From assembly GCA_022701925.1 (NCBI GenBank), contig JAKONM010000205.1:1-54574 (forward strand): DNA of 54,574 nt, written 5' to 3'. The position numbers were made by a program, and so were the translations under genes. The first letter of the stretch is position 1; each line of letters opens with the position of its first letter. Below the pieces are notes generated by a model, which was given only the letters and a program-made list of their open reading frames with translations, was not told the DNA's origin and made no database searches. The DNA is from Microbacteriaceae bacterium (GTDB lineage: Bacteria; Actinomycetota; Actinomycetes; Actinomycetales; Microbacteriaceae). Positions 36,568 to 46,133 of the stretch are shown in pieces.

Positions 36568-37686
36568 TCAGGCCAGGCGCAGCGCCGCGGCGGCGGGGCA
36601 GTCGAACGGGTCCGCGTGCCGCACGCCCAGGCGGTGCACGGAGCGGATCACGTCGGCCATCGCCGGCACCAGCGGGCGCTCCAGGTAGGGCACGCCCAGC
36701 TCGGCGCAGTAGTCGCGGATGATGCGTCGCGCGGCCCGCAGGTTGGCGCTCGGCATGCTCGGGAAGAGGTGGTGCTCGACCTGGTGGTTCAAGCCGCCCA
36801 TCAGGAAGTCCACGGCGGGGCCGCCGGTGATGTTGCGGGAGGTCAGCACCTGACGGCGCAGGTAGTCCACCTTCTGGTCGTGCGCGATCGTCGGCATGCC
36901 GATGTGGTTCGGGGCGAAGGCGCCGCCCATCATGAAGCCGAAGGCCAGCAGCTGCACGAGCAGCGCGACCAGGCCGATGACGGGTCCGGCGGACAGCACC
37001 AGCAGGGTCGGGAAGCCGATCAGGCGGATCAGGATCAGGGCCAGCTCGGCGCCGCGGTGCGGAACCGGTCCGCGGCCCAGCAGCATCCGCATCGTCTTGA
37101 CGTGCAGGTCGAGCCCGGTCAGCGTCATCGCGGGCAGCAGCAGCCACCCCTGGCGGCGCAGCACCACGCCCAGCAGTCCGGTGCTGCGGCGCTCGGCGTC
37201 CTGCTCCGTGAAGACCACGATGTTGGGGTCGAGGTCGTTGTCGCGGCCGACGGTGTTCGGGTTGCCGTGGTGCTTGGTGTGCTTGTGCATCCACCAGCCG
37301 TAGCCCAGGCCGACGAACATGTTCGCGACCACCCGGCTGAACCACTCGTTGCGCTTGCCGCTGGCGAAGACCTGGCGGTGCGCGCCGTCGTGGGCGAGGA
37401 AGCCGAACTGGGCGAACAGCGCGCCGAAGTACACGGCCACGGCCAGCTGCCACCACGACTGGCCCAGGACCACCATCGCGGCGACCCCGGCGGCCAGGGC
37501 GACGAGCAGCAGCGACATCCGCAGCACGTAGGGTGCGTAGCGCCGTTCCAGCAGCCCCGCCGCCTTGATGCGGCGCGACAGCTCCGCGTAGTCGCTGGCG
37601 TGCTTGGCCTGGCCCTCGCCGCGCGCCGTCGAGCGCGGTCGCGTGCTGCGGACGGGACGGGAGGGAGGGGGCGCGAGGGTCGACAT
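36568..37686 (-). CDS. Membrane fatty acid (acyl-CoA) desaturase
   Basis: His boxes HDGAH, HTKHH, HQVEHH. Confidence 0.95.
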   Translation of the reverse strand: MSTLAPPPSRPVRSTRPRSTARGEGQAKHASDYAELSRRIKAAGLLERRYAPYVLRMSLLLVALAAGVAAMVVLGQSWWQLAVAVYFGALFAQFGFLAHDGAHRQVFASGKRNEWFSRVVANMFVGLGYGWWMHKHTKHHGNPNTVGRDNDLDPNIVVFTEQDAERRSTGLLGVVLRRQGWLLLPAMTLTGLDLHVKTMRMLLGRGPVPHRGAELALILIRLIGFPTLLVLSAGPVIGLVALLVQLLAFGFMMGGAFAPNHIGMPTIAHDQKVDYLRRQVLTSRNITGGPAVDFLMGGLNHQVEHHLFPSMPSANLRAARRIIRDYCAELGVPYLERPLVPAMADVIRSVHRLGVRHADPFDCPAAAALRLA

Positions 37687-37746
37687 CCCGGATGACGCTA
37701 CGGATCGTGCAGGCCCGCGTCGTCACCCTGCGGAGCCGTCTTCCGA

Positions 37747-37764
37747 CCCCTACTCCAGTAGGGG
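37747..37764. promoter_or_regulatory. Palindromic site upstream of desaturase
   Basis: CCCCTACT-cc-AGTAGGGG, about 47 bp upstream of a TAGCGT -10 (37695-37700). Confidence 0.55.
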
Positions 37765-37808
37765 GTGCCGCTGCGAGGGCGCTGTGAGCGCTCGGGGCGC
37801 GCCCCGGC

Positions 37809-38477
37809 TCAGTCGCCGGGGACCACCAGGCCGGTCTCGTAGGCCACCACCACGGCCTGCGCCCGGTCGCGCAGGCCCAGCTTGCCGAGCACGCGGCTGA
37901 CGTGGGACTTGACCGTCTGCTCGGCGATCACCAGGGCGGCGGCGATCTCGCCGTTGCTGCGACCGCGGGCGATCTCGCGCAGCACCTCCCGCTCGCGCTC
38001 CGTGAGCGACTGCAGCCGGACGGGCGAGGGCTCGGGGCGCTCAGGCCGGGCGGAGAACCGCTCGATGAGGCGGCGGGTGACGCTCGGAGCCAGCAGGGCG
38101 TCGCCGCGGGCCACGATGCGCACCGCGTCCACGAGGTCGTCGGGCAGCGCGTCCTTGAGCAGGAAGCCGCTGGCACCGGCGCGCAGCGCCTCCAGCACGT
38201 AGTCGTCGATGTCGAAGGTCGTCAGCATCAGCACGTGCGGCACGGGAGGCACCGCCTCCGGTCCCAGCAGCGCGCGCGTCGCCTGCAGACCGTCCTGCAG
38301 CGGCATGCGGACGTCCATCAGCACGACGTCGGGCCGGGTCGCGAGGGCGACCGCCACGGCCTCGACCCCGTCCGCGGCCTGCCCGACGACCTCGAGGTCG
38401 GGCTGCGCACCGAGCAGCGCCGCGAAGCCGGCTCGGACCATCGCCTGGTCGTCGGCGATCACGACCCGGATCGTCAC
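37809..38477 (-). CDS. NarL/LuxR-family response regulator
   Basis: IADDQ, MDVRMP, LTEREREVL. Confidence 0.95.
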   Translation of the reverse strand: MTIRVVIADDQAMVRAGFAALLGAQPDLEVVGQAADGVEAVAVALATRPDVVLMDVRMPLQDGLQATRALLGPEAVPPVPHVLMLTTFDIDDYVLEALRAGASGFLLKDALPDDLVDAVRIVARGDALLAPSVTRRLIERFSARPERPEPSPVRLQSLTEREREVLREIARGRSNGEIAAALVIAEQTVKSHVSRVLGKLGLRDRAQAVVVAYETGLVVPGD

Positions 38478-39742
38478 GAGGCCCCTCCCCGGACGACGGG
38501 GCCGATCGGCAGCACCGCGCGCACCGAGAAGCCGCCGTCCGGCTCGGGCTCCGAGCGCACCGAGCCGCCGACGGTCGCGGCCCGCTCGGCCATCCCGACG
38601 AGGCCGTGCCCGGGTTCGGCGGGTCCGGCGGCGCGCACCGGCACGTCCGGCGGTCCGTTCACGACCGCCACGTGCAGGCGACCGTCCCGCGACTCGGTGG
38701 TCACGTGCACGGCCGAGCCGGGGGAGTGGCGGATCGCGTTGCTGATCGCCTCCTGCACGATCCGGTACGCGGCGAGGCCCGTCAGGTCGCCCACGTCGTG
38801 GGCGGTCCGCGACTCGAAGGTGACCCGGGTGCCGGCGCGGTCCGCCTGCGCGACCAGCTCGGGGAGGTCGGGCAGGCCGGGCTGCGGCCGGGTCTCCGCC
38901 TGCTCGTCGGAGCCCCGCAGCACCTGCAGCAGGCCCCGCATCTCGTCGAGCGCCTGGCGGGAGAGGGCCCCGATGCGGTCGAACTCGGCGACCGCGTCGG
39001 CGTCGAAGCCGGGGTGCCGGAACTTCGCGGTGGACGACTGCACGGTGATGATCGACATGCTGTGCGCGATCACGTCGTGCAGCTCCCGCGCGATGCGCGT
39101 GCGCTCCTCCATCACCAGACGGCGACCCGCCTCGTCGGCGGCCACGCGTCGCTCGTGCAGCAGCTCGGACCGGATGCGGCGCCACTGGGCCGCGGTGTGC
39201 GCGACGCCGATGGTGCCGGCCGTCACGCCGCCGAAGACCGCGAGGTTCACCGCGGTCGCGTCGCTCTCGTCCGGCCGCAGGGCGGCGGCGAGCAGGGCGG
39301 AGGCGGCCAGCGCGATCAACCAGTGCAGCAGCAGCGCGGGCCATCGCACCCGCAGGGCGACGGCTCCCAGCACCAGCGCCTGGGTGACGATCAGCACCGG
39401 CCACCACGGCCAGACCTGGGTGCGCTCGGCGTCCAGCGCCTGCAGCGCCAGCGCCGCGGCCAGGGCCGTCGACGCGGCGACGTGGGGCGCGCGGAAGGCG
39501 AGCGGCAGGGACGCCGCGTGCAGCACCGCGAGGCCGAGTGCGGGCACGACCGGCACGGCGTGCAGCCCGGCCGCGACCGGGGTCTCGACCAGCACGAGCA
39601 CTGCGGCGGCCAGCAGCGAGACCGCGATCAGCACGCGGTCGAAGCGCACGCGCCGCAGCACGACGAACGCCGAGGCCGCACGAGCACGCAGCAGCCCGGC
39701 GCGCGAGCCGGAAGCCGCGGCGGACGTCGTGCCGGTCACCAT
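38474..39742 (-). CDS. Membrane sensor histidine kinase (HisKA_3 type)
   Basis: ERTRIARELHDVIAHSM, QEAISNAIRH, GHGLVGMAER. Confidence 0.93.
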   Translation of the reverse strand: MVTGTTSAAASGSRAGLLRARAASAFVVLRRVRFDRVLIAVSLLAAAVLVLVETPVAAGLHAVPVVPALGLAVLHAASLPLAFRAPHVAASTALAAALALQALDAERTQVWPWWPVLIVTQALVLGAVALRVRWPALLLHWLIALAASALLAAALRPDESDATAVNLAVFGGVTAGTIGVAHTAAQWRRIRSELLHERRVAADEAGRRLVMEERTRIARELHDVIAHSMSIITVQSSTAKFRHPGFDADAVAEFDRIGALSRQALDEMRGLLQVLRGSDEQAETRPQPGLPDLPELVAQADRAGTRVTFESRTAHDVGDLTGLAAYRIVQEAISNAIRHSPGSAVHVTTESRDGRLHVAVVNGPPDVPVRAAGPAEPGHGLVGMAERAATVGGSVRSEPEPDGGFSVRAVLPIGPVVRGGAS

Positions 39743-39887
39743 GCGCCCTCCCGCCACGGGCTGCCGCGCAGCGCCGACAGCCTAGGACGCGCCTTCCGCC
39801 CACGCCGGGCACGGGCAGCACATCTGCAGCCTCGGCCGGACGGAGGGGTCGGGGCCGCCGCGCGGACGCGACGGTCCCGACCCTCGA

Positions 39888-40937
39888 TCAGGCCGGGATC
39901 GTGGCCGTGTCGATGACGACGCGGTAGTGCACCTTGCCCTCGACCACCCGGTCGTAGGCGGCGTCGACCTCGTCGGCCCCGATCACCTCGACGACCGAGC
40001 CGATGCCGTGCTCGCCGCAGAAGTCGAGCATCTCCTGGGTCTCGCGGATGCCCCCGATGTTCGATCCGGCGATGCTGCGGCGGCCGCCGATCAGCGAGAA
40101 GACCGCGAACGACTGGCGGTCGGCGGGCGCGCCCACGTAGACCAGGCTGCCGCCGACGCGCAGCGTGCCGGCCAGGCCGTCGACGTCCACGTCGGCCGAG
40201 ACCGTGTTGATGATCAGGTCGAAGGTGTTGCGCAGGGCCTTCAGCGCGCCCTCCTCCTCCGTGGCGACCCAGTGGTCCGCGCCCAGCTTCGCGCCGTCCT
40301 GCTCCTTGGAGCGGGATCGGGAGATCACGGTGACCTCGGCGCCCATGGCATGGGCCAGCTGCACCGCCATGTGACCGAGGCCGCCCAGGCCGACGACGGC
40401 GACCTTCGAGCCGGGGCCGGCGTTCCAGTGGCGCAGCGGGCTGTAGGTGGTGATGCCGGCGCACAGCAGGGGGGCGGCGACGTCCAGCCCGATGCCCTCG
40501 GGGATGCGCAGCACGTAGCGCTCGTCGGCGACGATCGCGGTGCTGTAGCCGCCGTAGGTCGGCTCGCCCGAGTACTGGCGGCCGTTGTAGGTGGCGACGT
40601 TGCCCTTCAGGCAGAACTGCTCCTCGCCGGCCAGGCAGTACTCGCACTCGCGGCAGGAGTCCACGAAGCAGCCGATGCCGACGCGGTCGCCGACCGCGTG
40701 CTCCGTCACCTCGTCGCCGACGGCCGTGACGACGCCCGCGATCTCGTGCCCGGGCACCATCGGGAAGATGGCCGAGCCCCACTCCTCGCGGGCCTGGTGG
40801 ATGTCGCTGTGGCAGATGCCGGCGAACTTCACGTCGATGGCGACGTCGTGCGCGCCGACGTCGCGGCGCTCGACGGTGCCGCGGTGGAAGGAGCCGCCGG
40901 AGGAGTCGGTCAGCAGGGCGGGGACGGTGGTGGGCAC
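39888..40937 (-). CDS. Zinc-dependent NAD(P) alcohol dehydrogenase (cinnamyl-ADH-like)
   Basis: GICHSD, GHEIAG, CxxCxxC, GLGGLG; GAAAGAGG RBS. Confidence 0.95.
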   Translation of the reverse strand: MPTTVPALLTDSSGGSFHRGTVERRDVGAHDVAIDVKFAGICHSDIHQAREEWGSAIFPMVPGHEIAGVVTAVGDEVTEHAVGDRVGIGCFVDSCRECEYCLAGEEQFCLKGNVATYNGRQYSGEPTYGGYSTAIVADERYVLRIPEGIGLDVAAPLLCAGITTYSPLRHWNAGPGSKVAVVGLGGLGHMAVQLAHAMGAEVTVISRSRSKEQDGAKLGADHWVATEEEGALKALRNTFDLIINTVSADVDVDGLAGTLRVGGSLVYVGAPADRQSFAVFSLIGGRRSIAGSNIGGIRETQEMLDFCGEHGIGSVVEVIGADEVDAAYDRVVEGKVHYRVVIDTATIPA

Positions 40938-41039
40938 GGAGGCACCTCTTTCATGCGGGACGGACGTCGCCGCCGGTGCACGCGATGCGGCGCCGGCGGC
41001 CGGCGGTCATCCTGCACGTCCTCGCCCGGGCGTCCGCCG

Positions 41040-41414
41040 TCAGGGCAGCAGCAGCGAGAGCGCGGCCCCGCCGGCGCCGACCGCCGTCGCGGCGCCCAGG
41101 ATCCGCAGCGCCTTCGCGCGGTCGGCGGCCCGGTCCTCGGCGTCCTCGACGGCGGTCGAGCGCCCGAGGTCGGCGAAGTTCGCGAGCCCCCGCAGGCCGA
41201 AGCCGCTGCAGAAGCGCGCTCGTGCCTGCAGCAGCCCCGAGGCGCCCCCGAACAGCGGCAGCGCGGCGAGCAGCCGCACCGGCTTCGGCAGGCCGAAGCC
41301 GACGGCCGCCGCGATCACGGCGGCTCCCGCCGCCAGGCCGACGACGCCGCCGTCGCGACGCCTCGCGATCTCGGCGGGGCCGATGTTGCAGACGCCGGGC
41401 TCGTAATCGGTCAT
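41040..41414 (-). CDS. Conserved small membrane protein
   Basis: YEPGVCNIGPAEIARR, QARARFC, three TMs. Confidence 0.75.
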   Translation of the reverse strand: MTDYEPGVCNIGPAEIARRRDGGVVGLAAGAAVIAAAVGFGLPKPVRLLAALPLFGGASGLLQARARFCSGFGLRGLANFADLGRSTAVEDAEDRAADRAKALRILGAATAVGAGGAALSLLLP

Positions 41415-41498
41415 CCCGCGATGGTGCCAGGCGGTGCATCCGTCGGCGCGGCGGCCGCCGATTCCGGCCCGCGGGTCGCGCGCAGCGCCGGCGGGCAC

Positions 41499-41635
41499 TA
41501 TCCTGCTGAAGCAGTTGTGTTGACAGGTGGGTCGTGTACGGCCGGGCTTCGCCCGGGGTTCTCCGGCGTGTGTGTTCAGCGTGACGTCACGGCGCGGAAG
41601 TCGCGCTGTGCTCGGTCAATACGGAGGTAATACCA
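41499..41635 (+). promoter_or_regulatory. Putative promoter (TATCCT) and long 5' UTR of the csp gene
   Basis: -10-like hexamer at 41499-41504, about 125-nt lower-GC leader, GGAGG RBS; long leaders are typical of csp genes. Confidence 0.5.
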
Positions 41636-41839
41636 ATGGCCAGTGGTGTCGTGAAGTGGTTCAACAGCGAGAAGGGCTACGGCTTCATCGCTCCCGACGA
41701 GGGCGGCTCGGACCTGTTCGCCCACTTCTCCGCAATCACGGGGAACGGCTACCGTTCCCTCGAGGAGAACCAGCGTGTCGAGTTCGACATCGCTCGTGGC
41801 GACCGCGGCCCGCAGGCCGCGAACATCCGCCCGCTCTGA
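41636..41839 (+). CDS. cspA: Cold-shock protein
   Basis: [13 protein letters not shown] (RNP1), LFAHFSAI (RNP2). Confidence 0.96.
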   Translation: MASGVVKWFNSEKGYGFIAPDEGGSDLFAHFSAITGNGYRSLEENQRVEFDIARGDRGPQAANIRPL

Positions 41840-41890
41840 TCGGTCTCATCTGATCAACACGCGTGACGCCGTCTGACGGCAGCGCTTCGC

Positions 41891-41925
41891 ACGAGCCCGT
41901 CTCCCCGCTGGGGAGGCGGGCTCGT
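41891..41925 (+). terminator. Hairpin terminator after csp
   Basis: ACGAGCCCGTCTCCCC-gct-GGGGAGGCGGGCTCGT. Confidence 0.75.
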
Positions 41926-41978
41926 CGCATTCCCGGCGCGGTGTTGCCGCCGCCGGCCGCGGGTGCCACGGTGGAGCC

Positions 41979-42821
41979 GTGAACGACTTCGCGGTGCGCA
42001 CCCCCGACGGCGCCGTCCTGGCGGCCGACCGCAGCGGCGAGGCGGGCGGCACCGCGGTGGTCCTGCTGCACGCCGGCGTCGCGGACCGCCGCTCGTGGCG
42101 GCAGGTGCTGCCGCTGCTCGACCAGCGGCTCGACGCGGTCGCGGTGGACCGGCGCGGGTACGGCGACTCCCCGGCGGGGGAGGGCGACTTCACGCACCTC
42201 GCCGACCTGTGGGCGGTGCTCGACGCCGTGGGCGCCGAGCGCGCCGTGCTGGTGGGCAACTCGATGGGCGGCGGGATCGCGCTCGACGCCGCGCTGACGC
42301 GGCCCGACCGCGTCGCGGGCCTGGTGCTGATCGGCAGCGCGGCGAGCGGCATGACGGACGAGGGCGAGCCGGTGCAGTGGCAGGCGGATCCGGCGACGGC
42401 GGCGCTGCTGGAGGCGTCGTCCGCTGCGGAGGCCGCGGGCGACCTGGAGGAGCAGGTGCGGCTGGAGCTGCACCTCTGGCTCGACGGGCCGACCGAGCCG
42501 GAGGGCCGCGTCGGAGGGCCGGCCCGCGAGCTGGCGGCCGACATGAACCGCCGCGCGCTGCAGGGCGGAGCGGGCCGCCGCGGCGACGCCGACCTGGACG
42601 CCTGGCACGCCCTCGCGCGGATCGAGACGCCGGGGCTCGCCGTGTGGGGCGACCTGGACATGCCGCCCGACCGGCCGTTCTACGAGCTGATGGCCGAGCG
42701 CCTGCCGAACGTCGAGGGCCGCGTGCTGCCCGGCGTCGCGCACCTGCCCTCCCTGGAGCAGCCGCAGACCGTCGCCGACCTGGTGCACGAGGTCGTCCGA
42801 CTCGCGGGCTCCGCCGCGTGA
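41979..42821 (+). CDS. Alpha/beta hydrolase
   Basis: LLHAG, DRRGYG, GNSMGG, AHLPSLE. Confidence 0.93.
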   Translation: MNDFAVRTPDGAVLAADRSGEAGGTAVVLLHAGVADRRSWRQVLPLLDQRLDAVAVDRRGYGDSPAGEGDFTHLADLWAVLDAVGAERAVLVGNSMGGGIALDAALTRPDRVAGLVLIGSAASGMTDEGEPVQWQADPATAALLEASSAAEAAGDLEEQVRLELHLWLDGPTEPEGRVGGPARELAADMNRRALQGGAGRRGDADLDAWHALARIETPGLAVWGDLDMPPDRPFYELMAERLPNVEGRVLPGVAHLPSLEQPQTVADLVHEVVRLAGSAA

Positions 42822-43366
42822 CCGGTCTCGTGCTGGGGGCGCTGGCCGGCGTGCCCGCCGGCGAACGGCCCGACCTGCTGGCGGACCCGGTGCTGGCCGC
42901 ACTGACCGAGCAGGGGCTGCTGCAGCGGGTCGGCGTGGTCGAGATCGACCCGGCCCTGTCCGACACCGCGGCGACGCAGGAGGCCTACGGGCTGCGGGCC
43001 GCCTGGCTGGTCAACTGCGTGCTGGTCGGCGGCACCAGGGCGGGGGAGCAGCGCACCGCCGCCTGCCTGGTCCCGTCGACCCACCGGGCGGACGTCAACG
43101 GCGCGGTGCGCCGGCGCCTCGACGTGCGCAAGGCCTCCTTCCTGCCGCGCGCGACCGCGGTGGACGCGTCCGGCATGGAGTTCGGCGGCATCACGGCCAT
43201 CGGTCTGCCGCCGGGCTGGCCGGTGCTCGTGGCGGCGGAGGCGGCCGCGGAGCCCCTGGTCGTCGTCGGATCCGGCGTGCGCCGCTCGAAGCTGCTGGTG
43301 CCGGGGCAGGTGCTGGCCGCGCTGCCCGGCGCGGAGGTGCTGCCGGACGTCGCGAAGCCGGTCTGA
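42818..43366 (+). CDS. YbaK/EbsC-family aminoacyl-tRNA deacylase-like protein
   Basis: SGMEFGGIT, GSGVRRSKL; GTGA overlap. Confidence 0.88.
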   Translation: MTGLVLGALAGVPAGERPDLLADPVLAALTEQGLLQRVGVVEIDPALSDTAATQEAYGLRAAWLVNCVLVGGTRAGEQRTAACLVPSTHRADVNGAVRRRLDVRKASFLPRATAVDASGMEFGGITAIGLPPGWPVLVAAEAAAEPLVVVGSGVRRSKLLVPGQVLAALPGAEVLPDVAKPV

Positions 43367-43432
43367 CCGGCCGCGGTCTCGGCGGATGCTCAGGCAACTG
43401 GGGGAGTGACCCCCGCCCGGGGGTGCGTCAGG

Positions 43433-43906
43433 ATGTCCGGCGTGCTCCCCACGCTCTCCACCGCCGTCTGCCTCGACGAGTTCTTCGCCGACCGCCGCCG
43501 CGGCGCCGTCGGCCGCCCGCTCATCCGGATCGAGCGGGTCGAGACCGTGCTGCGCGCCGCCGTGGAGCGCATGGCCGACCTGGTCCTGACGGACGAGGAG
43601 CAGCTCGTCGTGGCCTTCGAGCGCCAGTTCCAGCCGAACGGCGCCGTGGCCCGCATCCTGCCCGCCTCCGGCCTGCTGCTGGTGCTCGAGGCGCACCTGG
43701 CGGCGCTCGAGGGGCGCCCCAGCCGCGGAGCCGCCCGCCGCACCGAGCTGGAGCTCTGCGGCCAGCTGGCCCGCCATCTGACCCGCGAGCTGCAGCACCT
43801 GGACGTGCAGCGCGCCGCGCACCGCATCGAGGTGGCGCTGCAGGAGTGCGCCGCCAGCGCCGACCGCGGCCCCGCCGGCCTGCTGCGCCGAGCCCTGGGC
43901 CGCTGA
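43433..43906 (+). CDS. Hypothetical helical protein (ERQF family, copy 1)
   Basis: LTDEEQLVVAFERQFQPNGAVARIL; paralog at 53097. Confidence 0.75.
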   Translation: MSGVLPTLSTAVCLDEFFADRRRGAVGRPLIRIERVETVLRAAVERMADLVLTDEEQLVVAFERQFQPNGAVARILPASGLLLVLEAHLAALEGRPSRGAARRTELELCGQLARHLTRELQHLDVQRAAHRIEVALQECAASADRGPAGLLRRALGR

Positions 43907-43995
43907 CCCGGAGGGGCCGGCCCCCTGCACGACCGTCGTCTGCGGCTGCTGCGTGCACCTGCGGTCGGTGGAACAGCCGCGATCGCGCGGAGCAA

Positions 43996-44009
43996 CCGCG
44001 GATCCGCGG
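43996..44009. repeat. Solo CCGCGGATCCGCGG palindrome (core of elements A-C)
   Basis: Perfect 14-bp palindrome between convergent genes. Confidence 0.55.
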
Positions 44010-44017
44010 CTGACGGG

Positions 44018-45358
44018 TCAGGCGAAGGCCTCGCGGACCCGCACGAAGTCGGCGTCCGCGACCGCCGCGTAGCGCGCCGACCAGGCGGCCACGGCACGGT
44101 CGAACTCCTCGCCGTCGTGCAGGTACTCCGCGATCGCTGCGGCCGCCGCGCTCTGCGCGTGCGCCCGCGCCAGCACGGTGCCGCAGGTGCGCACGTAGGC
44201 CCGCAGCTCCTCCGCCGACAGGTCCGCCAGCCGGATCGCGCCCTTCATGTCGTGGTACTGCCGCACGTAGTAGTCGTGGCTGCGGCCCTCGAAGTGCCCG
44301 AGGAAGGGGTCGCCCACCGCCTGCAGCACGCGCTGGTGCGAGAACACGCGCAGCCCCTCCCGCCCCGGCGCCGTGAGCGGGGCGAGCCCGGGCTGGGGCT
44401 GCAGGCCGTGCGACTCGAGCACGCTGCGCACCGCCTGCTTGATCTGCAGCAGCAGCGGCTCGCCGTCGGGGCCGCGCAGCACGATCAGCCAGCAGCGCGT
44501 GCCGACGCTGCCGACGCCGACGACCTTGCGGGCCACGTCGTCGATGCGGAAGCGCGACAGCAGCTCGCGCACCCCGGGATCCACCGACTCCAGGTACGTG
44601 TCGAGCAGGCGCTCGGTGTGCCCGGGCTGCGAGTCCGGCCGGTGCACGAGCACCGGCGGGTCCTCGACGAAGCGGCGTCGCCCGTCCGGCAGCAGCTCGG
44701 TCATGCGCTCCGCGGCGCGCAGGGAGGTGCGGCGCCGGGCCTTCGCGACCGTCCGCTCGAGCGCCGCCCCGCGACGGGAGCCGAGCGCCGCGCGCAGGTC
44801 GGCCTCGTCGCTTCGCACGTAGTACCGCTCCAGCACGGTCAGGGCCGCCAGCGCGCCGATGGCGTCGCGGTAGCCGGCGACCGACGACTCCGCGGCGGCG
44901 GTGCACCCCGCCGGGTCCGCGCCGAGCGAGCGCGCCGCGAGGAAGGCGCTGACGGCCAGCCGCTTCACGTCCCACTCCCACGGCGCCGTGCCGGCCTCGT
45001 CGAAGTCGTTCAGGTCGAAGACCAGGGAGCGCTCGGGGCTCGCGAAGACGCCGAAGTTCTGCAGGTGCGCGTCGCCGTCCGCGACCACCGCCGCACCGGT
45101 CGAGGCGGTGGCCGTGAGGTCGGTGGCCATGATGGCGGCGGTGCCGCGGTAGAAGGCGAACGAGTCGGTCAGCGTGCGCTGCATCCGCAGCTCGACCAGG
45201 TCGGGCTGCCGCGTCTCGTTCTGCTCCGCCAGGATCGCCGCGGGGTCCCGCTGCGGCACGGCCAGGTCGGCGTGCGCCGACAGCGGCAGCGCGGAACGGG
45301 CGGCCCTGCCCTCTTCGCGCAGCCGGGCGGTGGTCGGCACGTCGGCGGCGGTCGGCAC
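44018..45358 (-). CDS. DUF2252 family protein (kinase-like fold)
   Basis: FAFYRGTA, GDAHLQNFG, FDLNDFDE, KVVGVGSVG, LARAHA. Confidence 0.92.
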   Translation of the reverse strand: MPTAADVPTTARLREEGRAARSALPLSAHADLAVPQRDPAAILAEQNETRQPDLVELRMQRTLTDSFAFYRGTAAIMATDLTATASTGAAVVADGDAHLQNFGVFASPERSLVFDLNDFDEAGTAPWEWDVKRLAVSAFLAARSLGADPAGCTAAAESSVAGYRDAIGALAALTVLERYYVRSDEADLRAALGSRRGAALERTVAKARRRTSLRAAERMTELLPDGRRRFVEDPPVLVHRPDSQPGHTERLLDTYLESVDPGVRELLSRFRIDDVARKVVGVGSVGTRCWLIVLRGPDGEPLLLQIKQAVRSVLESHGLQPQPGLAPLTAPGREGLRVFSHQRVLQAVGDPFLGHFEGRSHDYYVRQYHDMKGAIRLADLSAEELRAYVRTCGTVLARAHAQSAAAAAIAEYLHDGEEFDRAVAAWSARYAAVADADFVRVREAFA

Positions 45359-45390
45359 CCGGTCACCGTACCGAGGCGGAGTCCGGCCGG

Positions 45391-46104
45391 TCAGCGGGTG
45401 AAGACCACGGCCGCGCCCCAGCGCACCCCGTCGGGCACGTCCACGCGCAGCCGCACCGGCCGCCCGCCGTCGGAGTGGGCGAAGGTGGCCGTGGTCAGCG
45501 CCCCGGCGGCCTGGTCGCCCTGACGCTCGGCCACCGGGCGCAGCACGACGACGGGGCTGCCGTCCGTGCCCAGGCGCAGCGCCTGCCAGGCGACGTGCAC
45601 CGGCTGCGCGACGACGACGAGCACGGTCGCGCGGCCCGCGCCGGCCGGCACCTGCGAGACGTCCAGCGGCAGCGTGCCGGGTCCCGAGCCGTGCAGCTCG
45701 TCGGTGATCGTGCCGTCGGTCGCGACCAGCCCGGGCGGGGAGGGATGGGTGACCAGGTAGGCGGCGATGCCCGCGTCGCCGCCGCGGGCCAGGTTCTGCA
45801 GCAGCTCGGAGCGGTCCTCCGCCGACAGCGCGACGCCCGTCGGCGCCGGAGCGGGCGGCGCACCGGTCGGTCGCAGCAGCAGCGCACCGGCGACCACCAG
45901 CAGCACGGCGGCGACCCCCGCCGCCCCGACCGCGCGCCGGGAGGGCCGCGGTCGGCGCCGGCGAGGGGTCGGGGTCGCGGACGCCCCGGCCCGCCGAGCG
46001 GTCCGCGGCGCCGCGGAGGCAAAGCGCTGCAGGTCGTCCGGGGAGGCGTCCGGCCGGTAGAGCCGTCGGCGCAGCGCCTCCCGGTCCTGCCGCTGCTCCG
46101 CCAC
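45391..46104 (-). CDS. LYRP-motif family single-pass membrane protein, copy 7
   Basis: GTG 46104; LRRRLYRPDASPDDLQRF, one TM, LHGSGP, LRVDVPDGVRWGAAVVF. Confidence 0.85.
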   Translation of the reverse strand: MAEQRQDREALRRRLYRPDASPDDLQRFASAAPRTARRAGASATPTPRRRRPRPSRRAVGAAGVAAVLLVVAGALLLRPTGAPPAPAPTGVALSAEDRSELLQNLARGGDAGIAAYLVTHPSPPGLVATDGTITDELHGSGPGTLPLDVSQVPAGAGRATVLVVVAQPVHVAWQALRLGTDGSPVVVLRPVAERQGDQAAGALTTATFAHSDGGRPVRLRVDVPDGVRWGAAVVFTR

Positions 46105-46133
46105 CCCGCCGATCCTGCCCCGGATCCGCCGGC

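Noticed and set aside
6765-44009. GCGGATCCGC repeats as a CRISPR array
   Set aside because: Dispersed and inverted, with no regular repeat-spacer period and no cas genes.
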